Positions 27,485 to 41,579 are shown, counted from the first letter of the stretch. The stretch is 64,000 nt of DNA from Dimorphilus gyrociliatus (GCA_904063045.1 CAJFCJ010000009.1:2232968-2296967), one strand, 5' to 3'. Made by a program: numbers and translations. The notes: generated by a model not told the origin, from the letters alone.

Positions 27485-29108
27485 ATGAGTAGGAAAAGAG
27501 AAGAATGGGTAGATGATGGAACACTGCGTGATTTTAGTATTCCTGTATTATCATTAGAGAAAAATGATGAGGATATAAATGCATTTACTACTAATTTAAT
27601 ATCGGATGAAGAGAATGACTTTTTAAATAGTATCTTTAGTATCCCCAGGGCACCAGGTAAGTGCTAGAAGATTAATTCATATTTTCCTAATGATAAATAA
27701 CGCATGCATTATTTACTTCAATATTAAAGAACACGAAAGATTGAGAAGACGATTTTGCACATGCAATACATCAAGCGTAAGAATCAAATATGGCGAGGAA
27801 TATCGTAAGTAATATATGCTTTGCTTAACCTAAGACACTGTATATAGTTATACAAGAATCCAACATTAAAAACATGATTAGTACAAACTAATACTGTTAT
27901 TGGTTATAATCTCAAAATTTATTGTTTATCTGCCATATCACGTATAACGTATCACGAATTTACTAATAAAACTAATATTTAATGCCTTGAAAGTGCAGAA
28001 AGATAAACAAAATATTTCTTCCTAAATGAAATATCTAAATTAAGGAAGTAAATTACTTTTTACTACAGCCTATGTTAGAAATGAAAGAAGGAATAACCAA
28101 ATTAACAATAGAAAAAGTCTGAAAGAATACTCTACAACAATAGATTTTCAAGACTTCAAAAAGAATTCTTCTTCTTCTTCTTCTTCTTCTTTTTCCTCTT
28201 CGTCAAATACTTCAATTAAGAAAATCTTTTCTACTACGACTTTAGCAGTGCAGACTGATCCTTTGATTAGCTGTTCAGCTTCTACGCAAACTGATTCTTT
28301 TGACGATTATCCAGGGAATTTCTCATATGAAAGACAGTTTGAAAAGTACGAAATACCTAGTCTAAATACTATGTCAATTTTTAAAGCGTCTCAAAATCCT
28401 CAATATATTAATTGGCTACAAAAGAGCCAAGTCTCAAAGTATATTGGTGTGAAAGAATTGGCAACAGTTACAAAACAAGAAGAGAATTTATTGCATTTGT
28501 TAGCTGCTGCAAACGAAAAGGAAAATAACGTTCTTCATAAATTTCTCTACGTCTTATTGGAAATAATTAAAAGTCATCCATACTTTGTATGGCACGAAAA
28601 CAGATCAGGTCAAACTCCCTCTGATATTGCTTTCTCAAAAAACAACGTTCAAATATTTCAATGGATACAAGAATCTGGCGGCCATTTTAGAATAAATGAA
28701 ATAATAAATACTGGTGACAAGAAATTAGATATGTTAAGGATAATTCTCAAAGATGTTAAATATCTTCCCGAGCAAATTCTAATTCAAGCAATCAAAGCTC
28801 ATATGGAATTTAAAAATTGTGGGAAAACAATACTATTTCTTTTTAGCGAATTTCAATTAAATCTTCAATTTATTGACCAAACAATAGGTAAATCTTTACT
28901 CGAACTTTTACTAGAAACTGCAGATTTAATGTTAATTGAGAATGTTTTTCTATCATTAAATCATAAAATATGTAAAGAAATTTTACGTTTAAAAATGAAT
29001 AGTTTATTGAAATTTGTTCAAAAACAACGTTTATTCAGTAAAACTGAATTAGAAAATCTTCAAAAGATTTTCAATTACATTTTAAATCAAAATTCAAAAA
29101 ATACATAG
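27485..29108 (+). CDS. Uncharacterised protein with Ser-rich tract, two (T/V)QTD motifs and an ankyrin-like repeat
   Basis: Three exons (27485-27657, ~27730-27805, ~28070-29108). NLLHLLAAAN...ENRSGQTPSDIAFSKNNVQIFQWI is ankyrin-like. Confidence 0.6.
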
Positions 29109-29242
29109 CATTTTTTTTTACAAACTAAAGCCTATCTATCTATCTTTTACTGCGTCATTCTTTTCTATAAAGATTTTCAGCCTATATTTGAATTTTTCTG
29201 AACAATCTTCAAAAGGGGAAGAGCGGCGAGTGAAGAATTATT

Positions 29243-32200
29243 TTAAACTATACAATTGCTATTATCTTTGGAAGATGATGGTAAAAGTTGTTGAAGTTCC
29301 ATATCTTCTGCGCTTGTTGATGGCCTATCATCGGTTTCGCCACCTGTAAATTTAGTATGAGATTTTCCAGGTGTTCCTTGAGGAGTTAAAAATTGAGGTG
29401 TTGAATTTGCAATACTTTCAATTTCCTCTTCATCCGGAGTTTTCTTCTTCTTTAAAATACTTTTAACTTTCTCCATTGATTCTAGTGTATTTCGTCGTTC
29501 TCTCTGAGGTTGAACGGAAAAAGTTATCTCATCTCCGTCGTTGCCGTCGTGTTCAGCTATAATTTCATCTTCAATTGCGTCATTTATAAAACGATTCTCC
29601 AATAAAATTTCATTTACGAAACTATTCTTTCGATCTCTCTTAGTTAGCGATTGTTGTCTTGCAAGAGTCTCTTTATGAGGAGAATCTCTCGATCTTCTCC
29701 CATCTACAGACGAAGTTGATTCCATAATTGGAGTAGGAGGTGACGCTTTCGCCTGATTTCTCATAGTTTGAATCTATTTTGGTAAAAAAACGATTATGTT
29801 ATTATTCAAATAGTTAAAAATTAATTAACTTACAAGATTTTTCAATATTTCCCAATCGCCAAATACCATTTTTAAGGATTTTTTTAATTCCATTAAGTTG
29901 CATGTACTCAAAACACTTCCGGTTATATTTTGATCAATGATAGTCTTTTCATATTCTTTTACTTTATCTTTATTGAATTGTTCAATCTTATACAAAAGTT
30001 TACCAATATCTCTGGCTGAATACTTATAGAGAGGTTTTGCTGTGAGAAGATTCTGTAAAAGAATTAAGGAAGAAACTTATTGCTTCAATATCAATATTAG
30101 TTGTAACAAAACGAACCTCAAATCCAAAATATTCTTTTTCGATTGGTGTCAATAGACCTTCGTCTTCCCTAATTCCATGAGTACTTCCAGGAAAGGATGG
30201 AGGAACATATGACGTAAAATTATATAATGGAGGTTGATAATGAAATTTCGGTGTATTTCTTGGCTGTATGTTTTGTTGAGCAGATCTATTAGTTTCCCCA
30301 CTGTAATTTCTTCTTCTGCCAGTTATAGGCCAAGGTTCGGGGGGAGGAATAGCGTGAATCATAGGAGGGTGAGAATTATAGAAATCTTCGGTTTGTTCTT
30401 GTTGATTTTGCATTTCTAGGAAACATATAAATTAGATCATTAAACATTGAGTTCAACTAATTGAAGAGGCGTTCATTACCTAATATTAATTTCCTTAAAA
30501 ATGGATCAATATTAATAGCACATGGCAAGAATTTCTTCAAATCTGCAACAGTTAACTGAGGCGAGTGATTCTGTAGGAAAACCTCTAGTTTTCGGGGATT
30601 TCTATCAATCTCTAACAATGGTTCCACTTCCTTGGATTGAGGCATTTTTTGTATAACCCTATCTAGAACAGCTTTCAACGTTACGCAATCCTCTATTGTT
30701 TCGTCATCGTCGATTTCGAGAATAACCCAGGACATTCTGTAAGGCCATTGTTCAATAACATTTATCCAAGCTGCTAAACGAAACCAGCTAAAATCAACGT
30801 CGTAGGCTCGTAAAAGACGTCCAGTAACGGCCACAATATTCATTAGACGTCTCATATTTCTTGGATTGACGTCAGAAAAATATGAATTTTTTGACAAACT
30901 TTTGGTCAAATCTAAGTTTGAAGTTTGTCGATTTTGTAGTTGAAAACTACTCATAAAATTATTTGAATCCTTGCCCATTCGAGATTTAGAAAAGCTATCT
31001 CTTCTTCGTGGAGTACTGCTACCCGCCAGACCACTCTCCGAAGCTTCTCTTTTTCTATTAGCCATCAAACGGCCAGGTGCCTGACCTTGAAGGAAGAATG
31101 GCAAATGAACCAATGTTCTTAAATAATCGTGACCAGTTATAGAAGAATCTCTGAACAATCCAGATAAATTAGATTCAATTCCCTTGATTATAACGTGAGG
31201 ATCAACGGCCAAAATTGTAATAAATGGATAATGAGTATCGCTAAATAACATATGGACTGTATCTAAAACCTAATTTGGGAGAATTAGTATTCAAATGAGG
31301 TTGAATGATGGTAAAATAAAAGATAAAAGAGATGCTTACTTGTAACAGTTTGTCTTGTTCACAACTATCTAAACCGTCAATGATTACAACTAATCTCGTA
31401 TGTTTGTTCCTGAAACTGTCCATACATTTTGTCATACTGCTTACCATTTCAACTTCCTTTTTCATATTTTCAATAAAACCCTCTAATCGTATCGAATTCC
31501 TATCATTCGATATTTGATTTAATCTCCTTCTTGGAGAGACAAAGATTTCAACTATCATCCTTGACCATGTAAATAGATGGGTTAATACTGCAACTCCAAG
31601 GATTCCGGCCAAAACGGATATGACAACTATGGATGCTTTATCCTCCCTTAACTTTTTAAGACCATCTTCCTGTTTAATGAAAACTAGTAAGAGGGAAAGG
31701 CAAACCACGAGGCAAACAATGAGCACACCAACGATCACAAAATAAGGAACGCAGCATAATTTCTTGAAAGTTCCATTCTCGTGAGCACTTTTAGGTTTGA
31801 ATACTCTATATAATCTCGTACAGAGAAGACCATACTCTTGCTCAAGTGATTTACATAGAGTTGTTATCATTGACGAGATGCTTTTCTCGCCTACAACTCC
31901 AGCCATTCTCGCATTGTTTGTAAAGAGAAATTTAACGTTTGCCGTCTCCCTGCTCCTTCTTGAAGGTTCATGACAGAATAATATTTGGGCGAGAAGTTGT
32001 AGAGAATCCAATTTTGAAGCCAAATATGTACTTATATTAAATGCAAGATTCCAATTTTTCTTATGACTGCCATACCAAATATAGAATAAACTCCCATAGA
32101 TTATAACTAATAATCCGCTGCCGACTCCTAATCCTACCTTCCAATTAAGTCCAAATCCCAAAATATTTCCAATAATTAGGCAAAAACATAGGCAACAAAC

Positions 32201-34439
32201 CAACTGAATGATAGTAAATTCGAATAATTTCAACTCGGAGTGTTGCGTAAAAGCTCTCATTTCCTCTTTTAATATGAAATAATAGAATATTGCGTGTAAA
32301 AATTGATAAAATAATAGAAATATTCAAGATTACTTTGTAGTTTGTCAATCAGGAATGATTTGCCACTACCCCATTTGGCGTATAATCCAACGGTTATTGG
32401 TGTATTTAAAGTTGGTTCACTTAAAACATCGGCTATTGTACTACTGTATAAGTCGTAACCCTGTATTGATTCTTCGGCATTCAAATGTCTCGCGCCGAAT
32501 ATTTGTGTTATAATGCTTTTCTGATGAGTTGCATCGATTTGATAAGGAGTCTCTCCCGATTTATTCGGTCTATACAATAGCCTACTATCTTTGGGATTTC
32601 TTAGCAATAATTCAGCGATACGTTTACTCCGACTGCGGACTGCAACGTGAAGAGATGTATCTCCTCGCCTATCAACAGCCGATACTCTCGCTCCTGAAAT
32701 AGAATAGTAGAATTTTTACATCTTTAAACAATAACAAACCCTTATCTAGTAAAGCCTCGACTAGTTCCGCGTTCCTATATCTTACAGCCTTCAATAGAGC
32801 AGTATCTCCATCTCTAGTTTGTAATTCTAAATTAGGGTTCCAGGCTAACAAAATTTTTGTTATAGTATTATGGCTCTTTTCAACACTCCAATAGAGAGCT
32901 GTTTTATTATCAACTCCTTGAATATCTATATCTGGATGCCTAGACAAAAGCAGATTAACAACTTCCTGATGTCCACTTTTGACCGCATGAATTAGTGTTG
33001 AATCGCCATACTAAAAATAAGAAGGGAAAGGATTAAGTTAAGCATTAATTGATTATAACAATATAGCAACCTTATCGGGAAAATTAATATAAACGCTTGG
33101 ATATTGAATTAATAATTGAACGATATCCGTATGACCAGCTTTTGATGCTAAAGTTAAAGCTGAAAATCCGTCCTGAGAGAATGATAATCAATTGAAAAAT
33201 GTATGCAAAACTCAATTAGGATAAGCTCACTTTATCGACTGCATTTATATTTGGATTATGATCTAATATGTGTTGAACACATTCAACAAAACCACCTTTG
33301 GCTGACATCATCAGCGCAGTGTATGAATTCTATTGGAGAAATGGAAGAAAAGATGTTTATATATAGAGAATCTGCAATTTTTTAAGTATTTTCTTCAAAT
33401 TTTACCATTCCGACATTATCAACGCTAGCACCATTGTCCAATAATAGTTTAACTATTTCAACGTGTCCCTTTCGCGAGGCCCAAACTAGTGGAGTATTAC
33501 CATATTTATCAGGACTGTTTACTTTGGCTTTTGCAGCTATTAAATAATTAACAATTTCTGTATAACCACGACCGGCTGCCCAACTCAAAGGTGACATATG
33601 ATACTGTCGATAAAAAACGATTTAAATATAGAATTATTAATTAGCTAATTTAAATATTATGTAAATTATTTACATCTCCAAAAACATTTGGACTCGCTTC
33701 GTGATTTAGTAAATGGCGAACAACATCCGTATGACCCCTATAACTAGCCCATGTTAAAGCTGTCCATCCTCCCTGAAAGAAACATAGCAAATGTTAATAA
33801 ATCTGTTTTCAATTATGTTGTTTTATTTAAAAAGGAAACATTCCAAAGTAATTTGATAGCTTTTCCTTTTTGATTTTCTATAAATGTTGGTCTCTTTAGA
33901 CGAACAATTTGATGGAAAGATAAGATAATAATGATAAAAAGAAAAGGGAACTCACTATATCTTTGTGATGTACGTCAGCACCGTGATCAATAAGTTTTTG
34001 AACTACATTTAGATAGCCATTTTTAGCAGCATTTAATAAAGCAGTCCAATTATCCTAATAGGGTGGAAATAAATTTAAATATTATCTATGAATGAATGAA
34101 TGGAATGAATAAATTCAATTGGTTTATAGCAGATTTAATTACGTTGTCAACAGCGTTAACTTCAATTCCTTTCCGTATTAAAGCCTCAATAATTTCGCAT
34201 GAACCATCTTGACTTGCTATCATTAGAAATGTTTGTCCTTCCTAAATATAGATTATGTATAATAAAGATGTTTACCAATGTGTAATATAATTAAATATAA
34301 CCTCATCTCTTTCATCCAAAAATACGTGCTCATTATCCAATAAATTTACTACTGCAGGTAAATTCCTTTCGTGAATATGCTTGAGTAAACTCTGCCCGGC
34401 CAGGGTGCTCATGTCCGTAGAGGTTAATGTCCCTGCCAT
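29243..34439 (-). CDS. KIDINS220: Kinase D-interacting substrate of 220 kDa (ARMS): ankyrin repeats, KAP P-loop NTPase, 4 TM, SAM-like domain
   Basis: Many ankyrin exons ([25 protein letters not shown]), Walker [29 protein letters not shown] and [20 protein letters not shown]. Confidence 0.95.
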
Positions 34440-35006
34440 CTGAAAGTTCAAGAAGAAGTTCATTATACTTTCGTTGTTAGGATATCATCTCCCCTCAATC
34501 AAATTGAAGACTACGAATCTTACTAGAGAATTGATAAGATTAGATAAGAATTTATTATTTTAAAAAGGATCCTGGTTTGCGATTCGCTACATAATCTAGT
34601 AATATAGAGTACACCTTTCGTTTGTCATGAGTGATCAAGAAGCTTTCTTTAATAAAATGACTAGGAATTTGATATATATTCATTGTTTACTTGTTTTACA
34701 ACTCTTTCGCTTAGAATATACTCATCAAAAAGGAAACTACGGAGTAGTATTAAAGAATATTCGTTCGAGTGACATTCAAAAAACGCACAAATATTGGATA
34801 AAAATCGATGGATCGTTATTTTAAACTTCTTATATCAGTTCCTTACACAAATATAATATGAAAATTATTACGATTGCGTTTGAATTATATTAAATTGCTC
34901 ACCTTTACTAAAATTTTCCACAATTTTTTATATCACTTGTGAAATGTAAACGACCATGACCTTTATATAATCTTTCATAAAAAAAACTATTCCGATTTTA
35001 TGGACT

Positions 35007-35378
35007 ATGCAATGTTACTTGGCAACAAAGACGCCATACAGGATGGCAGCTTCTAGGAAATTTGTTGATCAAAAAATCAAGCAAAGGAAAGTGTTAATGT
35101 TCGCCAAAGCATGGTGTAGCGAATGTAAACAAGCCATAAAGATTCTTAATGAATATAAAATGCCTCCAGATACATTTGAAGTATTAAATATTGACTCCAG
35201 ACAGGATTGTTCAAAGATTGAGGACTACTTTCAAGTTTTATGCCTTACCGATAGGCGTAATGTACCAAGACTTTTCATAGACGGAAATCATATTGGAGAC
35301 TTGGAAGTTATCAGAAGAATGCATGAGGACAATAGGTTAAGAGAGACGTTGATTGAATCGGAAGCAATAAAGTCATAA
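35007..35378 (+). CDS. Glutaredoxin-like protein (intronless; CSEC active site)
   Basis: KVLMFAKAWCSECK, NVPRLFIDGNHIG; Grx fold motifs. Confidence 0.8.
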   Translation: MQCYLATKTPYRMAASRKFVDQKIKQRKVLMFAKAWCSECKQAIKILNEYKMPPDTFEVLNIDSRQDCSKIEDYFQVLCLTDRRNVPRLFIDGNHIGDLEVIRRMHEDNRLRETLIESEAIKS

Positions 35379-35673
35379 ACTAATTAAACGAATATCTCTG
35401 CATTAATCAAAGTGGCATATGTATAAATAAATATGAATATATGTATAAATATATAACGTTGTAAAATGAGCTCGATTTTTTCAAATAAAATCATTTTTAT
35501 TTCAAAACAACAAACAATAACAAATTCTTTTAATTGATTAATCTTCATTAAACGTATTTGATTAAAAGGAATAATATCTACATTAAAAAATCAGGCAAGT
35601 ATAACGAAATATTCAAACCTTATATCTATATATATCTCTGTAGATTACCTCCTTTTATATCAGATTATAAACT

Positions 35674-35777
35674 ATGCCACTAGTAATTACTTTAGTTACA
35701 ATTGGACTTTTTCTCTTTTCTTCCAATGTTAACGTCCATTTTTTAGATATTTATACATCTTGTATAAGTGTTGTATG

Positions 35778-35809
<32 letters not shown>

Positions 35810-36434
35810 AATGTATATATAAGAATTTTATTAATAGTCCTACTTAATTAATTTTACTTTAAAATAGCATAAAGTTTTAATTAAACGTCAATTTGAGCGT
35901 TTAATATTAAACTTTTTTGTTCATATTGATTATTGGCATCTATTTTTTAATTGTATAAGTTTCCTTATGAAAGGAAGAGTGTTAGAAAGAGAATTTAGGT
36001 CGTTAAACTTTGCTGTTCTCTTACTCATTCTTATACCTTCAACTTCTATATTAACAATTATTTTGCAGTACATTACTAAATTAACGACTGGAGATATAGA
36101 CTATCTCTTTCAATGCGTTGTTGGCTCTTCTAGCGTTTTATTTGCCCTAAAAGTTATTATAAATCACGTAAATTCCAACCGCAAAATAAGCTTTTTAGGA
36201 ATTTTATTTATGAAAAGGAAGTACGGAGTTTGGGTAGAACTATTACTAATTTATATTCTTGTCCCTGATTCAAGTTTCCTAGGGCATATTGCTGGAATAT
36301 TAACTGGAATTGCCTACTGCAAAATGAAACTGGCTAAGCCGTCCTATGTAAGAAATGCTGTCAATATGGAAGAGTCTAAAATATCATTTTCGAATAGACA
36401 GAACAATAAAGATGACTTAAATTTATATAAATAA
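35674..36434 (+). CDS. Rhomboid-related protease, RHBDD1/RHBDL4-like
   Basis: Two exons encoding HIDYWHLFFN, CVVGSSSVLFALK (GxS catalytic Ser), WVELLLIYILVPDSSFLGHIAGILTG (catalytic His). Confidence 0.8.
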
Positions 36435-36702
36435 TTCAATATATATTTATATATAAATATTCGACTATAGCAAATATGAATATGATGTATTTTCATGATA
36501 ACAATAGATAGCTGTCTCTTTTTCTTCGTATTTTGCGCAATAGGCTTATAGACGACAAAGAGAGACAGAAGGATAGAATTACATCATTGTCTTAGGATAT
36601 AAATTTATTGAAAACTACTATACAATGTTTACAAATTGAATTGACATAGTTGTTGACAATACAACAACAGCAAAAAAGAGGGTCTTTTTCTTATTTAGAA
36701 AC

Positions 36703-37137
36703 TCAATTAAAACTATTTTGATAGATCGAGCAAGCACTATGATTTGGGAAAAGACGACAAAAGCTACTCCATGATATATTCGGTCCGAATGGCGAACGTT
36801 TAGAAGGGCCATAATTTTTCAAACATCCATAAACACCAACGTTCTTACACGGAGTAGAAAAGGTAAATCCTTCTTTTATTCCCAGACATCCGTATGGATG
36901 ATTTAAAAATAGTTCGCAAAGTCTTTCCTTATCAACGTAAAGATTAGACTGACATAAATAGAAGAATTTTTATGGATAATTAGATCAGAGTATATACAAT
37001 ATATATATATATATATATATATATAGATTGATTCGTAGATAAGAACTTACCTTATCTATAAAGCGATTTAAAAATCTTGATTGACCATAAGATATCGTTA
37101 GTAGAAGGAAAAGGGATAAAGAATATCTTAGCATCAT
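36703..37137 (-). CDS. Small secreted Cys-rich precursor (110 aa, 2 exons: 37051-37137 and 36703-36948)
   Basis: Signal peptide MMLRYSLSLFLLLTISYG; AAG|gtaagt...tcag|TCT phase-0 splice gives an open frame with 6 Cys, a KR site and stop at 36703. Confidence 0.7.
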
Positions 37138-37521
37138 TTTTTTAAGGTTTGCGAGTTGGAGAAGAAAATTTTTACTCTGAAGAATAGAGAAGAAAATCTT
37201 TACCTTTATATAAATCATACTCCTCCAGAAAACTTTAAAAGCTTACTTAACGTAATAATATGAATTTGCAGCTTAATTCAAATGTGTCGCATAATCGATA
37301 TTTAAGTTTTCACAAGAAGAGCTGATGCAAAACTTTTACTCTATTACGCTATTTTAGCTTTAAGATGATTTTAACTGATTGTTAAGTTTTTCTCAAATGC
37401 TGTATTTCTAAATTTTACTACAGAAAGTAATATTGAAATTCTAAGAAAAAAAAGAGAATAAACTCTATTATCTACTATAAAAATTATATTATTTAATCAA
37501 TCATTTTCTGGTAAAATATCA

Positions 37522-39294
37522 TCAAAGGCTTTCCGATATTTGGAGAATAGTTTTCCATGCAAATTTCACATCATTCAAACAAGTTTTGTATGCGCAAACG
37601 GCAAATCTTAAAAAATATACTGATTTTGATGACGACGGAACCAAAAATATTCTTCCATCATTGTTAATTGCATCATGCAATTTTCTATTCATTTCATTAT
37701 CACCCTATGCAAAAATTTATTATAAGATTCTAAAGGTTTAATCTTTTATCCTCTATTTTATCAGTATTATTTGTATTTTACCTTTAAACGAAAGCATACC
37801 AATCCTAGAATTACTGGGTGAGTTACTTCAAATTTGTCATTAGAACGAACAAGAGCTTCAAACTCCTTTGCTAATTGCACGTGCTATAAAGAAAAATTCT
37901 ATTTTAATTATATATCATATATAAGAAAAGAAAATTACTCTTCTAATATAGCTTTGTAAAAATTCACTTCCCAATAAACGTAGCACAAACCAAATTTTAA
38001 GCGACCGGAATCGTCTTCCTAGAGGTATTTGCCAATGCTTTAAATCAAAACATGCTTATATTCTCATCTTAGTCTTGAATATACCGAATAATCAACTTAC
38101 TCTATAATCTGGTACATTTCCTTGTTCTTTATGTTTCAGATAGAGAGGATCAACATTGAAAGTTTCAACCAAATACTTGTTGTTCTTCAACCACAATGTA
38201 GAACAGTCGAATGTTACTAAAAGCCATTTATGAGGGTTAAAGTTGAATGAGTCGGCGAACTAATGATATGGATATGCTATAAATAAATTAAGACATGTGA
38301 ATAGTTACCTCTACACCATCAAGAAGTGGTCGAAATTCAGGACAAATGAAAGATGATCCAGCATACGCGGCGTCGATATGAAGCCAAATATCATGCTTCT
38401 TACCTAAAAAATCACGCGTATATATATAATATATATTATGTATATAGTACACAAAATAGTAAAGATATTTACAAACAGGTCCAACTTCTAGTAGTCTATC
38501 AAAGGCACAACTTGGTGTTGTCCCCAAAGTAGCTACAACGTAGAATGGAATTAAACCATTGTCAATATCTTTTTGAATCATTTCTTCCAATGCTTCTCCA
38601 GTCATCTCTTCGTTTTCATTACTTGGAACACTTCGAAATTCAACGGCGGCCAATAAACAAGCTCTTTCAACGGATGAGTGGGCTTGATCAGATGCGTAAA
38701 CCACAAATTTTGTTATAGATTTCGAAGAATTAATATGTTTGCTTAAGGCTTTACTTCTCGCTGCTAAAAGAGTAACAAAAGTCGCCTCGCTTGCTGTTCC
38801 TTGAATGACTCCACCTATTTAGATTAAAAAGAATTCTTTTATATTAAATTTATAGAACATAATAAATGAGCAAAAGAACCTCCTTCTCCAGTTGATAAAA
38901 ACTCTTCAGGTAACTGAAGCATCTTTGCCAACCAATCCATCATAACGCCTTCCAATTCGGTGCAGGCAGGACTAGACACCCAAGAAAATCCAATACAACC
39001 GATCGCATCGGACAACATGTCAGCCAAAATAGATGGATATGAATTTGCCGTCGGATAATAAGCATGAAACTGTGGGGAATGCCAATGTGTAACTCCTGGC
39101 ATGATGACTCTCTCGATATCTTGAAAAACTGTATTCCAGTCTTCTGGCTTTTTGGGAGCGTCGTCAGGAATTAATAACTTTAAATATCCAGGTTCAACAT
39201 TGGAAAGTGGTCTTCGATTCTCTATATTCTCCAAATAGTCAGCAATATAATCGATCATTTGCCGTCCACGCTTACGAAACTGCTCTGGGTCCAT
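37522..39294 (-). CDS. DDC: Aromatic-L-amino-acid (DOPA) decarboxylase, canonical copy
   Basis: Encodes [74 protein letters not shown] (PLP Lys), [10 protein letters not shown] and [14 protein letters not shown]. Confidence 0.93.
38183..38944. repeat. Near-identical ~760-bp internal block shared with 42249-43010
   Basis: Direct repeat at a constant 4066-bp offset spanning three introns; only scattered substitutions apart from a diverged patch at ~38690-38800. Confidence 0.9.
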
Positions 39295-41579
39295 ATTTAA
39301 GGTTGCTATAGAAAGAAATATTTAAGAGTGACGGTGCTAATTCAACGCTCAGTGGTCGATGCTAATGACTTTTTGTAGTACGGATTTGGTGGCATTGACG
39401 TTCTAAATTACTAATTATATGTTATGAGAAAGTAATTATATTGCATGATTTTTCTCCCCATTGATTCCCTCTCCTGGTAAATAATTTCACTAGTTTTAGT
39501 CATTAATCCTTCCATTATAACCAAAAAGTTACATTTATTCTCTATATTTCTCTCTCTCTCGCTCCCTCCCTCCCTCTTTCTTCTACTCCACACATTAAAA
39601 TATATTAATATTCATTTCAATAGATTATATAAACAAAACATCAAAATATCGACCAGAGTGGCGATTGTTTCTATATATAGACGCCTTTTTTCCACCCACA
39701 ATTTACGTTAAAAGCTTTTATAGAATGAAATGACTGTATATTGAATATATTTTTCCAATAGATAAAATATATAAACACAATACTAATAAATACTTTCTTT
39801 TCTTTGAGGAATTTAAAAGAAGATAGATATAAAAACTTGACTCTTAACTGCGCATTAAATCTCTCTTTTCTAGTCTTTAAACCTGATTAAATACTGTTTT
39901 ATTTAAGAATAGGATAATATTAATGTCTTCTTCTATATAAAGTCTATACAATATACAATATCAAATAGCATAGAGAAACGCTAAACTGTCGTATTTGTAA
40001 CCATAAAATCTAATACAAAATCTCTCATTAATCGGATAGGAAAAGAGAGATGGATAAGGTTGATAGAGGCATTTAGGACCTTAATTATCAAATATTACTG
40101 AATTTTAACCAAAAAGCATTAATTAATACAAATAAGTTTATTAAGTTATTGCATCATTCAATAGTGTTTCTCTACTTACAAAAATTTTTTACATGAGGTC
40201 GGTGGATCGTATTGCAGTTGGTGAGTAGCAAATTCCGATTGCTGTATCGCACTATTTCCCCAATCGATACATTGCAATCAAAATGCAAAAAGGCTTATTG
40301 TAAATTACCTCTTTTTTTCTATGTTTTGCATAATTTCTATCGATTTCGATATTGTAAGAAAGCTAAGACGGCGCGACATCAACTAGATAAATAAAAGTCA
40401 TAATTTTCTAAAAATATCTAATTAAGTAACGATAATAATATAAAAAAATTATTATCTAAATAGCAAATAACCTTTGTATTGCTTTTTTTTAGAATATTAT
40501 CCAACATATGTTTCTTCTTTTTTTTCTTCTTCTTCTTTAATTCTATGGAAATTCTATACTAAAGAATTTTTTATTCTTTTATTCTATTTAAAAAATATTT
40601 CTAACCTGTAAAACTTTTTACTCATAATAATAATTAATAGTTTTTATATTACGTAATGAGCGATAATAAAATATCTTTTGAATTCGCGTACTCGCTATTC
40701 CGAAAGTAATTTTTTTGTTGGAGGTGTATCGTCAAAGCGTTTTTATCCTTAGGTTTGGAAAGAGAGAACTTATATAACCTACAAAAAGTTGTACTTACTT
40801 ATTCTAAGAGAATCTATTCTTAATTAAAAAACAAAGTTTAACTTTAATGAATTATTGTCAGAAGCTCTGTCAAGTTCCCTTCCAATATGGAAAAAGAGGA
40901 GGTGAATGCGCTATTTTGATTAGTAACTTAATATGATCGACCTAATGACATATATTCATCTCTTCTTTTAACACATGTTTCAGTATCACAATTTCAGGAT
41001 AACAGCTCTAGAAATAATAAAGTACACGTGTAAAGATCAGTACAAACAAATTGCTCGTCAAAAGTACAGTACCCTTAAAACGACTAGACAATTGTATAGA
41101 TACTGTAGAATTTCTTAACAATAACTTGAACCAATTATTTCCTCTAGATGGTACCCTCCCTATTCAAATGCATAATTTTCCCTATTTAAAAGACTTTATA
41201 GAATACAAGACCTATCATTTTCCACGAAAACGCTTCAATCTTATAAATTTTAACAATTAAAACCTATAGAAATATTTACTTTTCTCAAATAGTCCCACTT
41301 TTTCAAATATTTCTTTACTATTCAAATAATAGCCATCCACAAAATACTATCATAAAGAAATATGAATATCTTTTATCATTTAACATATAGCTTGAATTTA
41401 ATAATATTCTTTTTCAAGTCCTGTTTTACAGACACAAACTCGACATTCATTTGAACTTGAGTTAAATTCTAATTTTCAAGAGATAGTATAAATATGTAGT
41501 ACAAGAATTCAAAACGCCATTCAAAAAAAATATATAAGATTCTACATAATATCTTTGAATTTAAATGAAGTCTCAGGAT

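Noticed and set aside
29243-29260. KIDINS220 C-terminus NCIV as a possible CaaX
   Set aside because: The Cys is at position -3, not -4.
39300-41570. 2.3-kb AT-rich spacer between the DDC copies with short ORFs (40212-40394, 41051-41260)
   Set aside because: No convincing splice-linked exons, terminal repeats or transposase motifs; treated as intergenic or regulatory.
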